Below, one piece after another: positions 1 to 10,084 of a stretch of 21,824 nucleotides of DNA (position 1 is its first letter; each line of letters opens with the position of its first letter). The DNA lies in the NCBI RefSeq assembly GCF_006345805.1, contig NW_021823583.1, positions 1 to 21,824 on the forward strand, read 5' to 3'. The notes under the pieces are model-generated. The model was not told the DNA's origin, searched no databases, and saw only the letters and a list, made by a program, of their open reading frames with translations. A program made the translations under genes and the position numbers. The DNA is from Octopus sinensis. Lineage: Eukaryota.

Positions 1-60
1 CGATTGGCCTTTTCCCCTAAAATTCTGGCCTTGTGCCTAGAGTAGAAAAGTACATTATTA
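1..60 (+). mobile_element. 3' tail of a SINE (same family as 904-1303), cut by the window edge
   Basis: ggccttgtgcctagagtagaaaag..attatt matches the tail at about 1275-1303. Confidence 0.75.
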
Positions 61-68
61 TTGCGTAT

Positions 69-280
69 AAGGCGTTGAAGAGTCAGAGCCGTTAGCACGC
101 CGTACAAAATGCTTGGAGGTATTTAGTCTGCTGCGCGTTGTGGGTTCAAATTCCGCCGAGGTCGACTTTGCCTTTCATCCTACGGAGAGCGATAAAATAA
201 GTACCAGTTAAACACTGGGGTCGATGTAATCGAGTAGCAAATTTCTCGGCCTTGTGCCAAAATTTGAAATCCATATTATT
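69..280 (+). mobile_element. tRNA-derived SINE, monomeric copy
   Basis: Head aaggcg..gttagcacgccg, B-box ggttcaaattcc and core gaggtcgactttgcctttcatcc..gataaaataagtaccag; homologous to the copies at 904 and 1316. Confidence 0.85.
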
Positions 281-903
281 ATCGTGTGTTGCTATTATCT
301 TACACAGGACGTGACTAATGTAACTTATAAAGGCGCAATATATATATAGTTATCTGTATTCGCGTTTTTTTGCATTCATTTATTTTATTTTCCTTGCGGT
401 TAATATCCGTGTGTCAGTTGGGTATTTATATTTTTCAGAGCTTTTTTGTTATGATGATTTTGTATTTGTATTCGTTTTTCAAGATTTTTTGATGTTGGCG
501 TATCTTGGGCGGCTCATTTTGTGAATAAAACACACTAATGCATCTATTTCACTTCTTTATAGTTATATTATCGATCATCTAGTTAACTTTTTAACCGGTC
601 TGTGTATTGCATGATTAATCGTTCAGTCAAACAAAGAATCTCTGTGTAGTTACAATGTGACAGACTCAATGCAATGAAGGCACATTATTGATGAGGTTGC
701 GAAAGACGTAGGAAGGACTCAAATAAATCAGCTGTCTGATTCATTTATCAGACAATTAATGAAACAGTCAATTAACTGATTGATTAATTCGTTAACTAGT
801 GCACTAATAATTACAATAACAAAAGCAAAGTATAATAATTATATACAATTATAGACTAAACGACCCTACCAACGTTTAGTGGAAGTATTATGACATCTGT
901 CAT

Positions 904-1303
904 AAGGCGGCGAGCTGGCAGAAACGTTAGCACGCCGGGCGAAATGCTTAGAGGTATTTCGTCTGCCGTTACATTCTGAGTTCAAATTCCGCCGAGGTCG
1001 ACTTTGTTTTTTATCCTTTCGGGGTCGATTAAATAAGTACTAGTTACGCACTGAGTTCGATATGATCGACTTAATACGTTTGTCTGTCCTTGTTTGTCCC
1101 CTCTGTTTAGCCCCTTGTGGGTAGTAAAGAAATAGGTATTTTGACTGTCTTTCCTTCTGAGTTCAAATTCCGCCGAGGTCCAACTTGCTTTTCATCCTTT
1201 TGGAGTCGATAAATTAAGTACTAGATGCGTAATGAGGTCGATCAAATCGACTGCTCCCTCCCCCAAAATTTCGCGCCTTGTGCCTAGAGTAGAAAAGAAT
1301 ATT
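904..1303 (+). mobile_element. tRNA-derived SINE with duplicated B-box/core module (dimeric)
   Basis: Head aaggcggcgagctggcagaa; gagttcaaattccgccgaggtc occurs at about 978 and 1159. The core resembles the Meta/MESC-type conserved SINE domain (recalled, not searched). Confidence 0.85.
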
Positions 1304-1315
1304 TATATTGAGAAA

Positions 1316-1524
1316 AACGGCGAACTATCAGAATCGTTAGCATGCCGTGAAATGCTTAGCGGTATTTCGTCTGCCGTTACGTTCTGAGTTCAAATTCCGC
1401 CGAGGTCGACTTTGTCTTTCATTCTTTCGGGGTCGATTAAATAAGTACCAGTTACGCACTGGAGTCGATATAATCGACTTAATCCGTTTCTCTGTCCTTG
1501 TTTGTCCCCTCTGTGTTTAGCCCC
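1316..1524 (+). mobile_element. tRNA-derived SINE, 3'-truncated at a fold-back hairpin
   Basis: Colinear with 904-1114, then stops at tgtgtttagcccc. Confidence 0.85.
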
Positions 1525-1540
1525 TTTCGGGGCTAAACAC

Positions 1541-1920
1541 ATTGAAAAATATAAGCCTGAACTTAACCATTCTAATATTCTTATACAGAGAAACTCATCT
1601 CATTGAAAAACAGAAAAAAATATAAAGCGATTATCTCCCTTATACCGGACGAAATCCCTGATTACCTCCTCCTGCCTGGAACTCTCCTTTGCATTTCATA
1701 ACGAAGACATGACACGATGTAGGTAAAGAGATTTGAGAAATTTGAAAAGTTTAACACGAAACCGGTTATTTCTCAAAAAACTTCGTTACTATACACAACA
1801 TTTTATAACATTTTTTTAACATAACGACTTCGTTAACCTTATAAAACAAGCCTTCTCTAGTTTTTTCATTCTTTTCTATTTTTTATGCATCAAACGACGT
1901 ACTTTCATACACCAACTTTC
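1541..1920 (+). mobile_element. 3' remnant of a Penelope-like element (end of GIY-YIG domain plus HHR-bearing 3' region)
   Basis: 1541-1567 translates IEKYKPELN, like the I..KP.LN end of PLE GIY-YIG domains. An HHR motif follows at 1732-1777 and the segment ends at a (TG)/(TA)n tract. The right end is approximate. Confidence 0.55.
1732..1777 (+). ncRNA. Minimal type I hammerhead ribozyme motif, U3-A8 core variant
   Basis: Stem I tttgagaaat/atttctcaaa (10 bp); core TTGAAAA; short stem II gt-ttaac-ac; GAAA; palindromic ccgg; GTT triplet. Confidence 0.65.
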
Positions 1921-1923
1921 TCA

Positions 1924-1971
<48 letters not shown>

Positions 1972-1976
1972 TATAT

Positions 1977-2053
<77 letters not shown>

Positions 2054-2305
2054 TGCATATATATATATACACACATATGTGTATATGTCTGAATATATGT
2101 ATAGTATGTATTATATGTATATGACTACACAAACATATATATATATATACTGACGTATGTATATGTGTATGTAAATGAATGTATGTGTGTGTAAGCGTGC
2201 ATGTGTGTGTATGTTTGTGTGTCGTTATGTGTGTATGTATGCATGTATGTATGTATGTATGTATGTATGTATGTATGTATGTATGTATGTATGTATGTAT
2301 GCGTA
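1924..2305. repeat. Compound microsatellite (TG)n/(TA)n/(TAGA)n/(TATG)n
   Basis: Directly visible. Confidence 0.95.
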
Positions 2306-2805
2306 TACATAGAAATGGTCGTGCACTATTTGAAATAGCAACCAACAATGAATATCATATGAAAATATAGCACAGGGAAACAGAATGGGAGAGAGATAGG
2401 GAGTGAGAGATAGAGAGAGAGAAAGGAAGGGATGAGGCAGAGGGGGAGTGAAAGAGAGAGAGCGGGGAATTTATAAAGTTAATATATGCATGAATTGAGC
2501 AGCGCGTGCAACAGATGTCGAACGTCGATGCATGTCAGCAGCTGCCTCATATCTTTTATTCAATATCAGTGGAATATATCGATATCCTGATCTATCGATG
2601 AACGTTTGCGCACAGTGCTGCAATATATGCAACACGTGTTCAATATGCATTTCAAAATGGCCGAAGTATTAAAGTGAAACCTGAAATTCGTGCGCGTCTA
2701 CAGTTCGGAAAACTCGTGATTAGTAGACCAGAGACAAAAAAGGTGACGCCCTGATGCAAGTTTTTATGCAAAACATGCCCCCCCCCCACACACGCATGTA
2801 TATTC

Positions 2806-2837
<32 letters not shown>

Positions 2838-3000
2838 GCTCACACAATAACACAGGATGACGTACACCAGCATATGGAGGCGGAGTTACACGAAGACATC
2901 CGCACATATCCCCGCAGTAACCGCTTGGACATTTTGTTTTTTATTTTGTGTGATTATGTATATCTCTGTTCGTTATCTGTATGAGTGTATATATATATGC

Positions 3001-3061
<61 letters not shown>

Positions 3062-3092
3062 TATTATATATATATACATACATACATATATA

Positions 3093-3303
3093 TTCTTTTA
3101 TTCTTTTACTTGTTTCAATCATTTCACTGCGGCGATGCACGGCCTTTAGTCGAGCAAAATGGCCCCAGGACTTATTCTTGAAACCTTGATCTATCGGTCC
3201 CTATTACCGAACTGCTGTGTTACGGGGACGTAAAAACATCACCATCGGTTGTCAAGCGACGTTAGGGGAACAGACAGACAGACAGACAGACACACACACA
3301 CAC

Positions 3304-3349
<46 letters not shown>

Positions 3350-3830
3350 ATTTATTTATGCGACCTTTTCAAGCCTAACCAGGCTCATGGGCCCGGGTTC
3401 CCGGTTTCTGTGGCGTGTGTGTTCTCCCCAGCTGTACGGGACGCCAGTCCATCGCAGCGTTACTCGAGAAACAGGAAGGAAGAGTGAGAGAAATTTGGGG
3501 CGAAAGAGTACAACAGGAGTCGCCACCACCGCCTGCCGGAGACTCGTTGAACTTGAGATGATTCCGCTCAATAAATACACACAACGCCCGGTCTGGAAAT
3601 CGAAACTGCGATTCTCCGACCACTGGGTCATTGCGCCTCAATATATATATATATAATATATATATATGATATATATATATATATATATACATTTATAGAC
3701 AGCGGGGTCTTTTCCGTTTCCGTCTACCAAATCTACTCACAAGGATTTGTCTGCCCGAGGCTAGAGTAGAAGACGCTTCACAAGGTGCCACGCAGTGGGA
3801 CTGATCAAAGTAAGGAAGCTACTTACCACA
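3093..3830 (-). mobile_element. tRNA-derived SINE with internal microsatellite, interrupted by a second SINE
   Basis: Head side at 3700-3830 (gctacttaccaca, caaggtgccacgcagtgggactga) and tail side at 3093-3290 (ttcttttacttgtttcaatcattt..cggttgtcaagcga). Other fragments of the family lie at 5958, 7910, 10010 and 13181. Confidence 0.8.
3350..3639 (-). mobile_element. tRNA-derived SINE nested in the microsatellite of the host SINE
   Basis: The reverse complement starts gaggcgcaatgacccagtggt..tttcgatttcca. Its 5' part is homologous to 8129-8325; the tail is different and ends cataaataaa. Confidence 0.8.
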
Positions 3831-4032
3831 TAAATCCAAAGCGTTGTATTTTCAGAAAACAAGAAAATAGTATCCCCATTCCATATGAAAACCATTTGGC
3901 AATTTTTGATATCTTCGCATCTGAAGCAACTGGATATACGATAGTTTGACCGAAAATAAATATTGAAAAATCCACATTTGGCCAAATTTGGATGAACGAC
4001 ACAGTTTATCATAATACCAACGATATGTGTAT

Positions 4033-4077
<45 letters not shown>

Positions 4078-4102
4078 TATATATATATATATTATATATA
4101 TA

Positions 4103-4133
<31 letters not shown>

Positions 4134-4214
4134 GTATGTATGTATGTATATATATATATGTATGTATGTAGGTAGGTAGGTATGTATTCTCAGTGTGTTT
4201 ATTTTCTCGTGTTC

Positions 4215-4250
4215 CTTTCTGTTGAAGAGCGTAGGCTCGAAACGTAAATG
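4215..4250 (+). ncRNA. Atypical, degenerate hammerhead-like motif in a short element (about 4185-4315) between microsatellites
   Basis: cttt CTGTTGA a gagc-gtag-gctc GAAA cgta aatg: good stem II and GAAAC, but an A6U change, an extra A and a weak stem I. Confidence 0.3.
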
Positions 4251-4311
4251 ACCTTCGCACCTTTCCGCTATTCAAACACCTGTCCTCGTCTTTTGTTTTT
4301 CTGCAAATTTC

Positions 4312-4354
<43 letters not shown>

Positions 4355-4640
4355 TATATACATTCATATATATATGTATGTATATATGTATGTGTATATA
4401 TATTATGAATTATATATGTTCGTGTATGCATTCATACGAATACGTGTGAATTCTTGCTTTCATGTCGATTTATAAAAAGTTCTAAACTGAAGAATTACTT
4501 AATGCATCTGTAGTGTGCATACCTTTTGTACTTTACGAGAATATTGATTACAATAACTTCGATGTGTCGGCATGCTAGCCGTGTGTGTATGTACTTGTGT
4601 GTATGTATGCGTGTGAATATGTATATGTGCATATGGTTGT

Positions 4641-4697
<57 letters not shown>

Positions 4698-4812
4698 TTA
4701 TATATATATAAAAACTTAAAAAACTTAGATATGTTTCGACCAGAGATTGGTCCAGGCCATGTCTAACTTAATAGCACCACCTGATAGGATTATTCGAATC
4801 CTGTTTAAGTCA

Positions 4813-4898
4813 AGTTTTGTTCAAGTAGTGAGTTCTTGTTGGGTGAGTTGTATCCAGTTTTGTTCAAGTAGTGAGTTCTTGTTGGGTGAGTTGTATCC
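4813..4898. repeat. Perfect 43-bp tandem duplication at the LINE ORF end
   Basis: agttttgttcaagtagtgagttcttgttgggtgagttgtatcc starts at 4813 and again at 4856. Confidence 0.95.
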
Positions 4899-5870
4899 AA
4901 TTATGGGTGGCTTATCTGGTATTCTTTGAAGGAATCTATCCAGATTCTGTTTGAAGTTGATGGGATCCTTTTCCTCTTTGATCTCCCTCGGGACAATGTT
5001 AAATAGGGCAGGGCCTGTTGAGGAAAAGAAATTATGTTGCAGTGTACATGTATGTTGTGATCTTGAATTTGGCAGGGAACGTATAGCCCGTGGTCCAAGT
5101 CTCGGATGAACCTTGAAGCTAATGTTTAGGTCGTTTGGGCAAAGTTGGCGGTATATTTTCCACATCGTACAAATGATGTACCGCTCACGGCGACGCTGGA
5201 GGGAGTAAAGTTCAAGGCTTTAAGGCGATCCCAATAATCGAGAGCAGCCATGCCTTCAATTTGTTTAGTGAGAGCCTCTGGGGTGACTCAATTCTGGAGA
5301 TGTTTTGTCTTGTGTGGAGACCACAGTGGGCAGCAGTATCAAGGTGTGGCCGTACAAAGGATGAAAAAAGTGGTATGATGACACCTTGTTCTCTGGACCG
5401 GAAAGTTCTTAAGATCCAGGAACTCATCCTACGAGCTGTATCGACCTTCTTGTTGATGTGTGCACTCCAACTGAGATCGTCATCAACAATTACACCCAGG
5501 TCTCTGATATTGTTAGAGGCTGTGAGCGGTTCCCCTGAAGGAAGAGAGTATGGTTGTTTTAGTGAGGAATTTCTTCCAAAATGCATCAGCTCAAATTTTC
5601 CCTCATTCAGTTGCATTTTGTTTCTGTCTGCCCATTGACTCACAGCATATAGGTCAGACTGGAGTTGAGTTCGGTCTGCTTCTTCATTGACGATTTGCTG
5701 GAGCTTAGTGTCATCAGCGAATATTTTCACTTTGCAGTGATGTACGACACTGGAAAGGTCGTTTACATAAATTATGAAGAGTAGCGGACCCAAAACAGTT
5801 CCCTGGGGAACACCGCTGGTGACTTTTGCTGGGTTTGAGTGGACTCCATCAACTACAACATGTTGTGTTC
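4821..5870 (-). pseudogene. Frameshifted reverse transcriptase ORF2 fragment
   Basis: Real portions of ORFs 5212-6054 and 4821-5165; frameshifts lie between about 5240 and 5345. The N-terminus of the 280-aa ORF is SINE/microsatellite read-through. Confidence 0.9.
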
Positions 5871-5957
5871 TATATATATTCATATGTATATATATATATT
5901 GTGTGTGTGTGTGCGTGTGTGTTTGTGTGTGTTTGTATGTGTGTATGTGTTTATATA

Positions 5958-6060
5958 GTCCGAGGCTATAGTAGAAGACACTTACCCAAGGTGCCGGGAT
6001 TGAACTCGGAACCATGTGGTTGGGAAGCATGCTTCTTACCACACAGCCACACATGCACCT
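5958..6060 (-). mobile_element. SINE head fragment (family of 3093-3830)
   Basis: cgaggctatagtagaagacacttacccaaggtgcc..gaactcggaaccatgtggttgggaagc..ttaccacacagccac. Confidence 0.8.
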
Positions 6061-6251
6061 TTATATATAGAGAGAGAATCGGGTGGATTCGTTATTTTTC
6101 TCTTTTTACCCGCGAAAGTTGAGAGTATTGCTGTCTGGGAAATATCTTATGGTAGTGGAAGAGTATTTCTAAATTACTGTGTGGTAAAGCAATTTTTGCT
6201 GACACCTAATTATAATTATGCTTATAATTATAGATGTATATATATATATAC

Positions 6252-6331
<80 letters not shown>

Positions 6332-6557
6332 GAAATATTAAAATTACTAAGTCTCTCTAAAAGAGAACAGCGGCAGCGTTCCCGGAAAATAATAGTTATC
6401 GCCATACTAATATGGCATTCTTATAAAAATAAGAATAAAGCTGTCCGCTTATTAGCTCCATGAGGCCATCGCCTTAAGTTAGCTATTTGATACACAAACT
6501 GTATCCATATAACCTTCGAACAACGGAGGTCAGTCGCTCCACACTACTTGACCGGCA

Positions 6558-6598
6558 GCTACAGACGCGTTTCGGGGTATTGCCCCTTTTCATGCAGC
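6558..6598 (-). ncRNA. Hammerhead ribozyme copy (one core T missing)
   Basis: Reverse complement of the 7356-7397 motif with a 1-nt deletion, possibly a sequencing error. Confidence 0.7.
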
Positions 6599-6914
6599 GT
6601 AGCCAGCCAGTAGGTGTCGCTTCCGACCATCTCTGTTCGATGGTTTTATTTACCTAGTTTCGGTGGAATACATCCACTTGTTTTCAATAATAGAAATATT
6701 AAAATTACTAAGTCTCTCTAAAAGAGAACAGCGGCAGCGTTCCCGGAAAATAATAGTTATCGCCATACCAATATGGCATTCTTATAAAAATAGATAAAGC
6801 TGTCCGCTTATTAGCTCCATGAGGCCATCGCCTTAAGTTAGCTATTTGATACACAAACTGTATCCATATAACCTTCGAACAACGGAGTCAGTCGCTCCAC
6901 ACTACTTGACCGCA

Positions 6915-6956
6915 GCTACAGACGCGTTTCGGGGTATTGCCCCTTTTCAATGCAGC
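6915..6956 (-). ncRNA. Type I hammerhead ribozyme, U3-A8 variant
   Basis: Exact reverse complement of 7356-7397. Confidence 0.85.
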
Positions 6957-7355
6957 GTAGCCAGCCAGTAGGTGTCGTTTCCGACAATCTCTGTTCGATG
7001 GTTTTTTTACCTAGTTTCGGTGGAATACATCCACTTGTTTCACAATAATAGAAATATTAAAATTACTAAGTCTCTCTAAAAGAGAACAGCGGCAGCGTTC
7101 CCGAAAAATAATAGTTATCGCCATACTAATATGGCATTCTTATAAAAATAAGAATAAAGCTGTCCGCTTATTAGCTCCATGAGGCCATCGCCTTAAGTTA
7201 GCTATTTGATACACAAACTGTATCCATATAACCTTCGAACAAGGGAGGTCAGTCGCTCCACACTACTTGACCGGCAGCTACAGACGCGTTACGAAACTAG
7301 GTAAATAAAACCATCGAACGGAGATTGTCGGAAGCGACACCTACTGGCTGGCTAC

Positions 7356-7397
7356 GCTGCATTGAAAAGGGGCAATACCCCGAAACGCGTCTGTAGC
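7356..7397 (+). ncRNA. Type I hammerhead ribozyme, U3-A8 variant; predicted cleavage after GUC at 7391
   Basis: gctgca TTGAAAA gggg-caata-cccc GAAA cgcg TC tgtagc. Stem I extends through a tac bulge to tggctggc/gccggtca and ctac/gtag. Confidence 0.85.
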
Positions 7398-7563
7398 TGC
7401 CGGTCAAGTAGTGTGGAGCGACTTACCTCCGTTGTTCGAAGGTTATATGGATACAGTTTGTGTATCAAATAGCTAACTTAAGGCGATGGCCTCATGGAGC
7501 TAATAAGCGGACAGCTTTATTCTTATTTTTATAAGAATGCCATATTAGTATGGCGATAACTAT

Positions 7564-7608
<45 letters not shown>

Positions 7609-7618
7609 GCACACACAC

Positions 7619-7890
7619 ACAGGCACGACAGAAGTGAATGGACTCCATATAAAACGTTGAGTTATGTTTATTTTAACTTGAAAAGGTTTATATTGTTTAT
7701 TAATGGACATTTTTATGTTTCAGGTTCTATATGTGACTGTTTAATCATGCTACGTACTACAGAAACCTGGGGAATGTTCAAATTTTACATACTCCGTATT
7801 GTGGGTCAATCTGAAGGTGAAAACCTTGGGATCCCGCTTTCTACATTTAATAGGGTCATTGTGTAGTTCACCAGTGAAGGGGAAAGTGTC
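7619..7890 (+). mobile_element. 5' fragment of a Tc1-like transposon (degraded N-terminal HTH)
   Basis: [34 protein letters not shown] resembles a Tc1 first HTH with an internal deletion; TIR-like start caggcacgacagaagtgaatggac. Confidence 0.5.
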
Positions 7891-7907
7891 CACTTTACGT
7901 TGACAAC

Positions 7908-7952
7908 TACTATCGTTTGACAACCGATGTTCGTGTGTTCACGTCCCCGTAA
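7908..7952 (+). mobile_element. Small SINE body fragment
   Basis: atcgtttgacaaccgatgttcgtgtgttcacgtccccgtaa is the reverse-complement homologue of about 3220-3260. Confidence 0.7.
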
Positions 7953-9987
7953 AAGAGAATCGTCGAAGAAGGCCATGTGTTTCAAAAAACATGGGAATTA
8001 CAGAATTGTTGCACAACGATGAACGGAAAGATACGTTGTTTAATTTGCAACAACTGCATTGCCACGCCGAAAGAGTACAACTTAAAAAGATATGAAATGA
8101 ACCATCGATCTAACTGTATATATGAAGGCGTGGAGACGCAATGGCCCGGTGGTTGGGGTAGCGGACTCACGGTCGTAGGTTCCCGGTTTCGATTCTCAGG
8201 TCGGGCGTTGTCAGTGTTTATTGAACGAAAAACACCTAAAGCTCCACAAGGCTCCAGCAGGGAGTGGTAGTGAACCTTGCTGTGCTCTTTCACCACAAAT
8301 TTCTCTCACTCTTTCTTCCTGTTTCTGTTGTACCCGTATTTCAAAGGGCCAAACTTGTCACACTTTGTGTCACGCTGAATCTCTCCGAGAACTACATTAA
8401 GGGTACACGTGTCTGTGGAGTGCTCAGCCACTTGCACGCTAATTTCACGAACAGGCTGTTCCGTTGATCGGATCAACTGGGACCCTCGTCATCGTACCCG
8501 ACGGAGTGCCATGATATATATCAAGGTCCAATGCGTGTTTCAAGTCTCAAGGAGCAGAATGCTAACTTGACACAGCAACAGACCTGTTTAACGCAAAATC
8601 AGAAAGGTAATTTCGCTTGGGTTACTGCAATTGATGAACTCAGCTGAATGATCACCACGAATGGGAAATGTTACGTTGAAGGAGACTTCGTAAAGACTTC
8701 GGATTCATCATTTGCACATTTTCACTGTATTATTTGTGTTGAAAGATTTTAAAATTGGGTCATGCGCTTAATTTGGTCACAAAGACAGTGAATTACAACA
8801 AAGGCCATGCTCTCAACGATGATCAATTCAGACAGTTCTTGGAAGATAGTCAGTTCACTGTTGTTCTATTCTACACAAAAGTCCGCTGTTTGTCATGCTA
8901 CAATGTGCTTAAAAGATTTTATTTGTTCAGACAAGAAATAATTATACTTTTCGAGATGAATGGTTAAAACACAGATGAAATATAAGATGATAGTTGACTC
9001 CAGGATCTGACATTTGCTGTGGACATTACTGCACTACTAACTGATCTTAGTTTGAAATTACAAGGTAAAAACAAACTCACCACTTAGCTACATGATGACA
9101 TCATTTGCTTCATTAGAAAATTAAGCTTATGGAAGTCACAGTTGTCAAATGAAAATTTAGTTCATTTTCCTAAGCGCAAAAAGTAAAAAAAAAAAAAAGT
9201 GCAAATACTGTGTCTGTACTTAACTTTGCCAAGTATGACAGTAACCTGGAATTCTTGTCAAAGGAATTTCAGGAAAGGTTTCGTGATTTCTCAACTTTTG
9301 AACATCCGTTTGCCTTATTCGCAGCACCATTCACCTTTGATGTTGCTAAGGCAGAAGAAAGCCTGGAACTATTAGAAATGCAGTCGAATCTTTCACAAAG
9401 ATCAAAGTATTTTCAAGTGGGGATACCAGGTTCCTTTTCATACCTTCTTGAAAACTTTAAAAGCTTAAGAAAGTTTACCTCAGGGATTATTGCAATGTTT
9501 GGTTCTACCTGTGAATTTGGATATTTATTTTCATTCATGAAATCAACAAAATTTCTCAGAGAACAAGATTGACTAATGAAGATTGACTTGTTATCTCTGA
9601 TCAGACCCAGAGCTGCACAGACATTTCAGCCAGACATACCAAAGATTGTCAGCAAAAGAGGTGTCAAGCCTCAGGACAAAACACTAAGAATGTCTGAATA
9701 GTCGTAAATAAATGATCATTTTAAACTATTGTAGTTTTTGTACAATGCATTTGTTGCTATTGCATTCAAATCTATGTTGCCGTTTAAAATTTCGTTTTTG
9801 TTTCCTTTTCTCAAACTACTTCATTACTTTGCATTCTTGAATGTGGCAAAACCATTTGATGCTTCTAAGCTTTATTAAAGAAAATATTCTGCAATAATGT
9901 CTATTATAATTGAAGTGAGTGCGGCCCTCATGACAACATAAATGCACACCATATGGCCCTCGCGGGACCCTACGTTTGTCATGCATG
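7953..9987 (+). mobile_element. Decayed hAT transposon, Buster/Charlie/SPIN type (GTF2IRD2-like transposase), 5' end lost
   Basis: BED finger FQKTW..CLICNNCIATPKEYNLKR; GKCYVEGDFVK; FHCII; VTKTVNY..YTKVRCLS..VLKRFY; dimerisation region IAMFGST..LFSFMK. 3' TIR-like gtttgtcatgcatg (9974-9987) is followed by ttcTActa, matching the nnnTAnnn Buster target. Confidence 0.88.
8129..8514 (+). mobile_element. tRNA-derived SINE inserted into the hAT transposase, with 12-bp TSD
   Basis: A/B-box-like head tggcccggtggttgg..gtttcgattctc; TSD tatatatgaagg (8117-8128) and tatatatcaagg (8515-8526). Confidence 0.85.
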
Positions 9988-10075
9988 TTCTACTACATCA
10001 ACTACATCATCGGGTCAACCAAAACGTTTTGAGTAGAATTGTTAGACAGAAACTAAAAGAAGTTCATCGTGTGTG
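9988..10075 (+). mobile_element. SINE fragment (family of 3093-3830), probable target of the hAT insertion
   Basis: ttctacta..tcgggtcaaccaaaacgttttgagtagaattgttagacagaaactaaaagaag is the reverse-complement homologue of 3700-3770. Confidence 0.65.
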
Positions 10076-10084
10076 TGGGTGATT

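Larger units (their letters stand above)
4710..5870 (-). mobile_element. 5'-truncated CR1/L2 (Jockey-group) LINE: RT C-terminal part plus 3' UTR
   Basis: SGVPQGTVLGPLLFIIYVNDL..FADDTKL..IRDLGVIVDDDLSW..LFSSFVRPHL, then after frameshifts YSLQRRRERY..FKQNLDRFLQRIPDKP. 3' stem-loop gacca-atctc-tggtc. Both ends abut (TA)n. Confidence 0.93.
6326..7566. mobile_element. HHR-containing tandem plus inverted array (about 360-bp unit), retrozyme/PLE pseudo-LTR-like, inserted in (TA)n
   Basis: Units start at 6326, 6687 and 7045 (third partial, to 7290), with an inverted partial copy at 7292-7566. (TA)n on both sides; no coding capacity. Confidence 0.9.

Noticed and set aside
904-1000. tRNA genes suggested by A/B boxes
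   Set aside because: No complete cloverleaf; the boxes belong to SINE heads.
3830-4022. Unique stretch open in two minus-strand frames
   Set aside because: No recognisable motif or clear splice sites.
1971-4711. Many 60-140 aa ORFs rich in YI, HT, CV and MY
   Set aside because: These are translations of stop-free microsatellites or SINEs. The same applies to ORFs at 6016-6463, 11052-13273 and 14610-15322.
4722-4765. Hammerhead-like gacca-atctc-tggtc-GAAAC on the minus strand
   Set aside because: No CUGANGA-like core at the right spacing; better explained as the LINE 3' terminal stem-loop.
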